60,463 nt of DNA, taken from IMG/VR virus record IMGVR_UViG_3300030450_002177, positions 1 to 60,463 of that record; one strand, written 5' to 3'. The stretch comes from a virus. Taxonomy: Duplodnaviria > Caudoviricetes. Shown here in pieces: positions 48,654-57,129 of the stretch. The translations under genes were made by a program, and so were the position numbers. The notes under the pieces were generated by a model. It was not told the DNA's origin, ran no database searches, and worked only from the letters and a program-made list of their open reading frames with translations. How positions within the stretch are numbered: the stretch's first letter is position 1; each line of letters begins with the position of its first letter.

Positions 48654-49372
48654 TGAATCCCATTAAATCGCTAGAAGGCAAGCGAGTTGCCTTATTAGGT
48701 CTTGGCATATCACAAATAGATTTTGTCATAGGCATGGAGAACGGGAAGCAATGGGATGAGGTCTGGGGCATTAACTCAGCAGCTGGTGTCTTTAATTGTG
48801 ACCGTTTATTTATGATGGACCCAGCTAGTCGTTTCTTTGATACAAATGATGCTGGCAAACAAACTTCGGTAATGACAAGGATATTACCAAAGCTAAAGAT
48901 ACCTATATATACATGTGAATTAGACAAACGTGTACCAAAGGCAGTTGAATATCCTTTAGAAGAGGTCGCCAATTATGCTAAGTGCGCTTATTTTAACAAC
49001 ACAGTGGCTTATGCTTTAGGTTTTGCTATGTGGAATAAAGTAAGTGCCATTGATCTTTTTGGTATAGATTTTTCTTATCGAAATGACTTACACTTTGCTG
49101 AAGCTGGTAGAGCTTGCGTAGAATTTTGGTTATGTAAATTGATGGAAAATGACATTACTGTAGGTGTTAGCCCTAGATCAACTGTATTAGATGCAGACGT
49201 TCCAGCAACTGAAAGGCTTTATGGCTACCATCGTTTAGACAGACCTTTAATAGCTGTGCCCCACAAAGAGAAGTGGATTATTAAACCTTATGATGAAATT
49301 GATGACGAATTGGCTAAACATGATTTACAATTACATCAAGAAGAAAAACCACCAGAACCATATAAAGGCTGA
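48653..49372 (+). CDS. putative glycosyltransferase-like (DUF115/GT29-like) protein
   Basis: WGIN, NNTVAYA, LFGIDFSY...H. Confidence 0.5.
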   Translation: MNPIKSLEGKRVALLGLGISQIDFVIGMENGKQWDEVWGINSAAGVFNCDRLFMMDPASRFFDTNDAGKQTSVMTRILPKLKIPIYTCELDKRVPKAVEYPLEEVANYAKCAYFNNTVAYALGFAMWNKVSAIDLFGIDFSYRNDLHFAEAGRACVEFWLCKLMENDITVGVSPRSTVLDADVPATERLYGYHRLDRPLIAVPHKEKWIIKPYDEIDDELAKHDLQLHQEEKPPEPYKG

Positions 49373-49656
49373 TGAGCGATAGTTTTTTAGAAATAGGCAA
49401 TGTAAGCGTTCATACTACCCACAACAAGGGTCACGATCCTGAGTTTTGGGCTGAAACAATAACCAAAAAAATAGTTGATGTGTCTTCTAATGCACCCGAC
49501 CATGTTAGACAACAGGCTTTAGCTTTCCAAAATCATATTTATACTATAATATTAAATGGAATGAAAAGTGCCATAGAATCTGATAGAGTAACTATTAGAG
49601 GACTTTTGAGTAGTCAAGGTCACGAAGACATGGCAAAAATTATTAAGGAGCTATAA
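49372..49656 (+). CDS. hypothetical structural-module protein
   Basis: TGATG coupling. Confidence 0.65.
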   Translation: MSDSFLEIGNVSVHTTHNKGHDPEFWAETITKKIVDVSSNAPDHVRQQALAFQNHIYTIILNGMKSAIESDRVTIRGLLSSQGHEDMAKIIKEL

Positions 49657-49659
49657 AAA

Positions 49660-50085
49660 ATGGCAATTACATCAGCAATATGTTCGAGTTTTAAACAAGA
49701 ACTTCTAGTAGAGGGGCACAATTTAACAAATGGAGCTGACTCTATAAAATTGGCTTTGTATACCAGTTCAGCAACTTTGGGTGCGTCTACAACTGCTTAT
49801 ACAACAACGGGACAGTCCAGTGGTACTAACTATACGGCTGGGGGTTCAACTCTTACCAATGTAACACCAGCACTTTCAGGAACTACAGCAGTTTGTGATT
49901 TTGCAGATTTAACATTTGGTACAGCTACTGTTACAGCAAGAGGTTGTTTGCTTTATAACAGCACTAACTCGAATAAAGCTATATGTGCGATTGACTTCGG
50001 TGGAGATAAGACATCTACAGCTGGAGATTTCACTGTGGTATTCCCAAGTGCTACGGCAACGGGTGCAATCATTCGTTTGGCGTAA
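49660..50085 (+). CDS. virion structural (tail) protein
   Basis: SFKxELL, KLALYT, YxAGG, DFGGDK. Confidence 0.7.
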   Translation: MAITSAICSSFKQELLVEGHNLTNGADSIKLALYTSSATLGASTTAYTTTGQSSGTNYTAGGSTLTNVTPALSGTTAVCDFADLTFGTATVTARGCLLYNSTNSNKAICAIDFGGDKTSTAGDFTVVFPSATATGAIIRLA

Positions 50086-50131
50086 TTTCAGGAGTTTATG
50101 GTAAACTTTTATGATATAAGAGAGTTTACTT

Positions 50132-52024
50132 ATGCCTTTAGCTAAATTTAACTTCAAACCCGGTGTCAATAAGGAAGAAACCGACTATTCCAATGAGGGT
50201 GGTTGGGTTGACGCTAATTTAGTTCGTTTTAGAAAAAGCCGTGTAGAAAAGATAGGAGGCTGGATCAAGGCTTCTGCTGATGCTTTTTACGGTATAGCAA
50301 GAGCTATGCACCAATGGGTTAGCTTAGGTGGAACTAGATACCTAGGGCTAGGAACCACCTCAAAATATTATATAGAATCTGGTGGAACATTTAATGACGT
50401 AACACCAATAAGAGCCACAACCACTAATGGCATAACTTTTTCTGCTACAAATGGTTCTTCTACAATAACTGCAACAGATTCAAGCCACGGAGCTGTGGAA
50501 GGAGATTGGGTAACTATAAGTGGTTCTGCTAGTTTGGGTGGCAATGTAACTGCTGCTGTGCTGAATCAAGAATATCAAATTTTATCTGTAGCAGATGCTA
50601 ATACATTTACCTTTACAGCAAAAGATACTTCTGGTGATACTGTCACTGCTAATGCTAGTGATAGTGGAAACGGTGGTTCTGGTGTAGATGGCGTTTATCA
50701 AATAAATTCAGGTCTTGATGATTATGTGCAGGGCTCAGGTTGGGGTGCTGGGGCTTGGGGCTCTGGTACTTTTGGATCAGTAACCACGCTTTCCTCTACA
50801 AATCAGTTGCGTTTATGGTCACACGATAATTTTGGAGAAGACCTTATTATTAATCCTAGGGGTGGAGGTATATATAGGTGGGTAGAGAATGATGGGCTAA
50901 CAACTAGAGCCGTTAGTTTATCAGGAACTACTGGTGCCAATCTTGTGCCTACAGTTGGTTTACAGGTGTTAACGTCTGAAACTGATAGACATTTAATAGT
51001 TTTAGGAGCTGATCCATTGTCTAGTGGTTCAAGAACTGGCTCTATTGACCCTATGTTTATAGCCTTTTCAGATCAAGAAAACGCTTTAGAATTTGAACCA
51101 AAATCAACAAATACTGCTGGTTCTTTACGTCTATCAAGTGGTTCACAGATAATAGGGGGCTTAAAATCAAGGCAAGAAATATTAATTTGGACTGACACAA
51201 GCATTTACAGTATGAATTTTATAGGACCACCTTTGATATTCTCGGTGAATCTTATCAACGAAGGTGCTGGTTTGATAGGTCCTAAAGCCTTTGTTAACTC
51301 TCCGACAGGTGTGTTTTTTATGAGCAAACAGGGCTTCTATTTCTATAACGGAGCGATTACACAATTACCAAGCTCTGTACAAGAATACGTCTTTGACGAC
51401 TTAGATCAGTCTCAAGCACATAAGTGCCATTGTGCTCTAAACTCGGAGTTCTCAGAAGTTTGGTTTTTCTATCCTTCGATAGAAGACAATACTAGAGAAA
51501 TATCAAGATATGTGATTTATAATTACAAAGAAAATATTTGGAGTATAGGCTCTATGGTTAGATATGCTTGGCTAGATGCTGGTATACAAAACAAACCACA
51601 AGCAACTGGCGTGTCGTCTGATTCTTACTATTTATACAACCATGAATCGGGTCACAACAATGATGCCGACCCTATGGACAATGTGTTTATAGAATCTGCT
51701 GATTTAGATTTAAGTGACGGCGATCAGTATGCTTTTATAAAAAGAATCATTCCAGACATACAGTTTACCAACGACACGGGAACTTCACAGGATGGGGCAG
51801 TCAATATAGTATTAAAAATTAGAGATTTTAATGGCGAAAACCTTGCTACTAACAGTACCAACAAAGTTACTTCAACTTCAAAACAAAGCCATGTTAGGGC
51901 TAGAGGTCGTCAATTTGTAATACGCTTTGAATCTGATGATGACAATGATGATGGAGACCGTAAGAGTTATAAGTGGCGATTGGGCAGCACAAGACTTGAT
52001 ATACAGCCTTCAGGGAGACGTTAA
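50132..52024 (+). CDS. tail nozzle/stabilization protein (P22 gp10-like)
   Basis: PG..KE...W.D...VRF..KIGGW; SDQEN; propeller-like; RxRGRQ. Confidence 0.7.
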   Translation: MPLAKFNFKPGVNKEETDYSNEGGWVDANLVRFRKSRVEKIGGWIKASADAFYGIARAMHQWVSLGGTRYLGLGTTSKYYIESGGTFNDVTPIRATTTNGITFSATNGSSTITATDSSHGAVEGDWVTISGSASLGGNVTAAVLNQEYQILSVADANTFTFTAKDTSGDTVTANASDSGNGGSGVDGVYQINSGLDDYVQGSGWGAGAWGSGTFGSVTTLSSTNQLRLWSHDNFGEDLIINPRGGGIYRWVENDGLTTRAVSLSGTTGANLVPTVGLQVLTSETDRHLIVLGADPLSSGSRTGSIDPMFIAFSDQENALEFEPKSTNTAGSLRLSSGSQIIGGLKSRQEILIWTDTSIYSMNFIGPPLIFSVNLINEGAGLIGPKAFVNSPTGVFFMSKQGFYFYNGAITQLPSSVQEYVFDDLDQSQAHKCHCALNSEFSEVWFFYPSIEDNTREISRYVIYNYKENIWSIGSMVRYAWLDAGIQNKPQATGVSSDSYYLYNHESGHNNDADPMDNVFIESADLDLSDGDQYAFIKRIIPDIQFTNDTGTSQDGAVNIVLKIRDFNGENLATNSTNKVTSTSKQSHVRARGRQFVIRFESDDDNDDGDRKSYKWRLGSTRLDIQPSGRR

Positions 52025-52026
52025 AC

Positions 52027-52338
52027 TTGAGTAAATTGCTTGAAACTAGACTGCCTTTAGCAGAAGGAGTTGAGTTAACGCCAGAGCTATTTAACCGTTT
52101 AGTTCGTATTTTAGAGATAAACCTAGGAAGAATAGACCCAGACAAAACAGCAAGTTTTAACTCTACAGAAATTTCTGAATTGCAATTTGCTACAGGTTCT
52201 ATAATATTTAACACAACAACTGAGATACATCAGGCGTTTGATGGAAACCAGTTTAGAGATTTATACACCCATCAGACGTATTTGACGGGTCTTGGTGCTA
52301 CAATGAGTATAGGGAGCGTTACAATAACGATAAGTTAA
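52027..52338 (+). CDS. tail-associated protein
   Basis: GSIIFNTTT motif; structural operon. Confidence 0.55.
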   Translation: MSKLLETRLPLAEGVELTPELFNRLVRILEINLGRIDPDKTASFNSTEISELQFATGSIIFNTTTEIHQAFDGNQFRDLYTHQTYLTGLGATMSIGSVTITIS

Positions 52339-52339
52339 T

Positions 52340-54070
52340 ATGGCTATAAGTGAAGAACTACAAAGAAGAATCGATAATTTAACAGGCGTAAAAGCTACTC
52401 CTAGGGGTTTTACTGATAGAGATTTACAGCGTGAAGCAGAAGGTAATGCACTTTCTGAACGAGACTTGGATTTAGCTCAGAGCTTATTATCATCCCCTAA
52501 TACACCACCTTTGGGTGTAATGGATAACGATTTACGAGAAACGATTGAAGCTTTGGAAATGGAGTTACTAAAAACCAACGACCCAGAAGAACGAGATATT
52601 CTTAGTAACATGATAGAAAACACAGCCATTAAAGTTAATGCACCTTATCGTTCTTTAATGGAACAATTATCCATGACGGGTGGTGAAGATGACATGATGG
52701 CTCATGTCAGGTCAGGAGACATAAATGTTTCTCGTGAGATGGTAGAAAACAATCCAGCCTTAGAAGATATGATAGAACAGGCTGCTATTGAAGTTGGTAT
52801 AGACCCAGAAAGCATGGTTTATGGTAGTGGTATTGCTGCATTAAATGAATCGACAGGAATAGAACAACACGGTTTCTTAAAGAAACTGGGCAAAGGTCTT
52901 AAAAAGGTAGTTAAGAAGGTAGCGCCCATAGCTGCATTTATACCCGGTGTTGGTACAGCATTAGGTGGTGTTTTAGGTGGTATAGGTGGCTTGGCTACAA
53001 GAATACCGGGAATTGGTGGTGCATTAGGTAGTTTAGGAAGCACTGTAGCTGGAGGTATAGCAAATCTAGGTATACCCGGCATTTCTTCAATAGCTGGTGG
53101 AACGGCTGGTGGATTTGGGGGAATACAAAAAGCACTAACCACAAAGGCTGGTTTATTTGGTGGTGGTCCACTTGCAAAGTTAATGGACGCTCCACAGTAT
53201 TATGCTGGAGGACCGGGCTCTGATGCAGAGTCTATTGCTAAACGAAAAGTTAAAGAACAAATGGAAGCTGCAAGAGCTCAAGCAGTAGCAAGTGGTGATA
53301 AAGATGCTGTTGCTAAAATTGACGCTTATCTTAATGACCCAGCAAATCAAGTAGCCCAACTTGGTCCCTTTGGAGGAACTTTGGGTCCTAGATTGTTTGG
53401 AACAGGTCAACAACAACAGTTGTATGACGCACAAGGTAATCCAGTCCAACAAAGAGGTGGAGTTTTGAGTAATATTTTTGGTGGTGGTCAAGGTGGTGGA
53501 CTTGGTGGTTTGGCTTCATTAGGAATAGCTGGTGGATTAGCTGGAACTTTAGGTAAATTAGCTTATGAAGAAACCAAAAAAGATAAAGGGGTTCCATTGT
53601 CTCCCGTTGTGGCAATGGACGCTACTGGTAGATATAACTTAGAAGCAGAAATGGCTAGAAGAATGGGACAACAAGCACCAAACCCAGCAGAGTTTGGTTT
53701 GTTACCAGCTAATACTTTTCCAGTGCTTAGTGGTGGCAAGCCCAGAGAAGTGATGGCTGCTGCTGGTGGTGGGGCTGTTTATCCTATGGCTTATGCTGAA
53801 GGTGGCACCGTGTCGATGGAAGATTTTGAAAGAATGAATGGACAGATTAATGGTGAAGGCACTGAAACCAGTGATGATGTGCCAGCCATGTTGTCAGATG
53901 GTGAGTTTGTTATGACAGGACAGGCTGTTAGAGGTGCTGGCACTTATGATATGAAAAATAATAGTGGCATATTAACTTTAATACCGTCAGGTTCTCCAAG
54001 CAGAGATGGTGGCACAGATTTAATGTATAAACTTATGGAGGCTTTTAGCAGTCAAGCAAGACCAGCTTAA
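52340..54070 (+). CDS. internal virion/ejection protein with YAEGG + SDxxPAMLSDGEFV domain
   Basis: Gly-rich hydrophobic core; C-terminal domain resembling tape-measure C-termini. Confidence 0.7.
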   Translation: MAISEELQRRIDNLTGVKATPRGFTDRDLQREAEGNALSERDLDLAQSLLSSPNTPPLGVMDNDLRETIEALEMELLKTNDPEERDILSNMIENTAIKVNAPYRSLMEQLSMTGGEDDMMAHVRSGDINVSREMVENNPALEDMIEQAAIEVGIDPESMVYGSGIAALNESTGIEQHGFLKKLGKGLKKVVKKVAPIAAFIPGVGTALGGVLGGIGGLATRIPGIGGALGSLGSTVAGGIANLGIPGISSIAGGTAGGFGGIQKALTTKAGLFGGGPLAKLMDAPQYYAGGPGSDAESIAKRKVKEQMEAARAQAVASGDKDAVAKIDAYLNDPANQVAQLGPFGGTLGPRLFGTGQQQQLYDAQGNPVQQRGGVLSNIFGGGQGGGLGGLASLGIAGGLAGTLGKLAYEETKKDKGVPLSPVVAMDATGRYNLEAEMARRMGQQAPNPAEFGLLPANTFPVLSGGKPREVMAAAGGGAVYPMAYAEGGTVSMEDFERMNGQINGEGTETSDDVPAMLSDGEFVMTGQAVRGAGTYDMKNNSGILTLIPSGSPSRDGGTDLMYKLMEAFSSQARPA

Positions 54071-54079
54071 AAAAACAAT

Positions 54080-55714
54080 ATGAGCTTTTTAGATAATATT
54101 AGAGGCATAAGAAGTAATTTGCAAAAGCAAATGCCTGAAAATAGAAGTATGCCAACTATGAGAGCGTTTCCACAACCAGCAGTTAATCCTGTAAGTGGAG
54201 GAATTGGACCAATTTTGCCCATGCAATCAATAACTTTGCCGAATGGACAAACAGTACAAATACCTAAAATTAACGAACAAGAGATAAGTGCTAACTTACG
54301 GTCTGCTGGTATAACACCACAGATGCCTTTGCCAAATATAGTTCCACAAACGGTTCCTCAACAAACACCTACAACTATGGCTGCTACACCACCAATGGCT
54401 GCTACACCAGCTGTAACAACACCAGCTGTAACAACACCAGCTGTAACAACACCAGCTGTAACAACACCAGCTGTAACAACACCAGCTGTAGAACAACCTT
54501 TAGCTCCATATACAGGTGCTGGATATAATGCTTTTGGTGAATCGCCTTATGTAAGCAGCGTATTAAGAAACGAAACAGGATTAGATGCTATCACTAAACA
54601 AATGTTATTTGGTTTAGATGGACAAGGTGGATTTATACCGGGAGCCATGCAAGCAGCAGAAAAAACATTTTTTAATCCAGACGGAACTCCAAGAGTTGTA
54701 GACGAAAGAAGAGCTGAACTTACACCAGATCAAATAGCTGCTATGGATTTAGCAAGAAGAAACGTAGGTGGGCAGGAACGCTTTTTAAGTGGCGCTGAGG
54801 GCGCTTTTCGTGGAGGGGTAGATGAGGTAGGGCAAGGCATAGAAAGAGGCAGAGCGTTGCAAAGAGAGGGCTTAGGAGCCCTACAAACAGGTATTGGTGC
54901 TTTGGGTTCTCGTTTAGGTGAATCAGAGAACTTATTGAGAAGAGCAACGGGTGCTTATGACCCATCAATGACTGACCAATTTTATAACCCTTATGAAGAT
55001 CGTGTCGTTCAACAAACCATAGAAGATATATTGGAAGCTGGTGATAAACAAGACATGGCACAAAGGGCTAGAGATATACAAACAGGTGGTGAGTCAGCGT
55101 TTGGCTCCAGAGCTCGTTTGGGTGCTTCTGAGAGAAGAGAAGCATTAGGAAGGGGTCTGGCTGAGGCTTTAGGTGGAATTAGGTCAAGAGGCTTCTCAGA
55201 GGCTCAACAAACAGGTCTAGGTGAATTTGCAAGACAAAAAGCAGCAGAAAGACAAGCAGCAGCTGGTCTGGCTGGTCTAGCTGGTACTAGATTTGGAGCG
55301 ACCCAGACTGGTGCTGGGGCATTAAGCAACCTAGGCAATATAGAAGCGCAGTACGGTGCTGACGCAGCTAGGGCTATGTTTGGTCTTGGAAGCAATTTAC
55401 AAGGGCTAGGACAACAAGCACAACAATCTGGTGCGTTTGACGTTAATCAGTTGTTATCTTCTGGTAATATCCAACAAGCACAAAGTCAGGCTGAATTAGA
55501 CGCAGCTAGAGCAAATGCTATACAGGCACAACAAGCACCGTTGGCACAATACCAAGCGTTAGCTCCTTTTGTTAGTATGGCACCAGCTGGTAGCTTCCAG
55601 ACTTCTACAACTTTTGCACCAAGACCAAGTCCCTTACAGTCTGGATTGGGCGTTGGTTTAAGTACCTTGGGCGCTATGGGTAACTTCCTTACTCAAGGTG
55701 GGGGGCAAAGATAA
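54080..55714 (+). CDS. internal virion/ejection protein
   Basis: NPY...V, AFG.R, Ala/Gln/Gly-rich helices. Confidence 0.7.
   Translation: MSFLDNIRGIRSNLQKQMPENRSMPTMRAFPQPAVNPVSGGIGPILPMQSITLPNGQTVQIPKINEQEISANLRSAGITPQMPLPNIVPQTVPQQTPTTMAATPPMAATPAVTTPAVTTPAVTTPAVTTPAVTTPAVEQPLAPYTGAGYNAFGESPYVSSVLRNETGLDAITKQMLFGLDGQGGFIPGAMQAAEKTFFNPDGTPRVVDERRAELTPDQIAAMDLARRNVGGQERFLSGAEGAFRGGVDEVGQGIERGRALQREGLGALQTGIGALGSRLGESENLLRRATGAYDPSMTDQFYNPYEDRVVQQTIEDILEAGDKQDMAQRARDIQTGGESAFGSRARLGASERREALGRGLAEALGGIRSRGFSEAQQTGLGEFARQKAAERQAAAGLAGLAGTRFGATQTGAGALSNLGNIEAQYGADAARAMFGLGSNLQGLGQQAQQSGAFDVNQLLSSGNIQQAQSQAELDAARANAIQAQQAPLAQYQALAPFVSMAPAGSFQTSTTFAPRPSPLQSGLGVGLSTLGAMGNFLTQGGGQR
54404..54490 (+). 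repeat. perfect 15-nt tandem repeat ACACCAGCTGTAACA (5 full + 1 partial copy; encodes TPAVT)
   Basis: directly visible. Confidence 0.95.
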
Positions 55715-57129
55715 TGGCTATAAGCAGAGCTCAAATACCTAAAGAAATAAACGTATTTGACGATGGTGGTGGTGTAAACACAACAAGCGTTGATAATAGT
55801 ATGGCAGATTTAGGTGCTTTAATGATGGACCGTTTTCAACCTAATTTTGAGCAAAATGTACAAAAATACCAAGAGCGTTTATCTCCTTACATGTACGAAG
55901 CTCCCAGAATGAATATCTACGATTTGGCTTCTGAGTTAGGTGCTGGTCTTTTGTCTACACCTAATACTGGTGGAGCGTCTGCCTTTACGGGTTTAGGGGT
56001 TGGTTTTAATAGGGCTTCTGAAAGAATGAAAGCAGACAGAAGACAAAGGGCAGAAGCTAGGCAACAAGCTGGATTACAGGCTGCTCAACTAGCTATGCAA
56101 GATGAACAAAAAGCTAATGAATATTTAAACCAAGTGTATTTAAAATTGTTGGGTGATTCAAATAAAGAGATTAAAGCCAACACTTTAAGTTATATAGATC
56201 AAGAAAGTGGTGAGAGGGTTGAAAGAACTTTTGATACAACTGACCCGTTATACAAAGAAATTCTGCGTAACCCTGATAAATACCAAGCTGCTGAAATTAA
56301 AACTCCTTTGGTTGACATGAGTGGCACAGGAAATCAATACGATAAATTAAATGACCTCACAGCTGGACAAATATCAGATAGGCAAACTGGATGGGCAAAT
56401 GATGCTGATGCAGCTTATGCTGTTAAAGAAAAAGCAGATTACGCTAGAAAAGTAGCCATAGATTTGGGTCCAGATAATTTTGGGCAACTTCAACTTTGGA
56501 GTATGGGTTTAAAAAATGTTGCAGTAAGTTTGGGCATGGATGGATTGGTTGATGAAACAGTATTGGCAGACCAAGAATTAGTAAACCAAATAGGCACAGG
56601 TTTTGTGATGTCATTAATTGGGCAAACTAAAGGGGCTATTTCTGAAAAAGAAATGGATTTGTTTGCAAGAGCATCACCGGGACTTGGTTCTACTTATGGT
56701 GGTTTTATGAAGATGCTAGATTATTTAGAGAGGATAGCTGAAAGGTCAATAAAATTAGATTTAGATTGGGCTAATGAATCAGCCCAGTTACAAGATGAAG
56801 GAAAGTCTTTAGACCAAATTAGAGCAAGACAAAGCCAATTTAGAGCTGAGTGGTTAGAGAAACATCCTTTGTTTACAGAAGAAGAGTTGGTGGCTGACAT
56901 TGACCCATTTGTAGACAGAAATGGAAAGATTAAAGACCCTAAACATCAAGATATTTATAGCTCTGTTACTGGAAGACATTTGAACATAAGCAACATGCCA
57001 GTAGAAGTTCCCCCTGATGTAGCAAAGGACATTGCTGGAGTGCCTGATGGAGCAGTATATCAAGGAACTTATAAGGGAATAGATTATTACAAAGATGCTC
57101 AAGGCAAAATGTATACAGCAGAAAAATAA
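55714..57129 (+). CDS. internal virion/ejection protein
   Basis: GAISEKE..LF; N-terminus MAISRAQ identical to MCP. Confidence 0.7.
   Translation: MAISRAQIPKEINVFDDGGGVNTTSVDNSMADLGALMMDRFQPNFEQNVQKYQERLSPYMYEAPRMNIYDLASELGAGLLSTPNTGGASAFTGLGVGFNRASERMKADRRQRAEARQQAGLQAAQLAMQDEQKANEYLNQVYLKLLGDSNKEIKANTLSYIDQESGERVERTFDTTDPLYKEILRNPDKYQAAEIKTPLVDMSGTGNQYDKLNDLTAGQISDRQTGWANDADAAYAVKEKADYARKVAIDLGPDNFGQLQLWSMGLKNVAVSLGMDGLVDETVLADQELVNQIGTGFVMSLIGQTKGAISEKEMDLFARASPGLGSTYGGFMKMLDYLERIAERSIKLDLDWANESAQLQDEGKSLDQIRARQSQFRAEWLEKHPLFTEEELVADIDPFVDRNGKIKDPKHQDIYSSVTGRHLNISNMPVEVPPDVAKDIAGVPDGAVYQGTYKGIDYYKDAQGKMYTAEK

Noticed and set aside
54296-54496. Minus-strand CCYSW-repeat ORF
   Set aside because: Antisense shadow of the 15-nt tandem repeat
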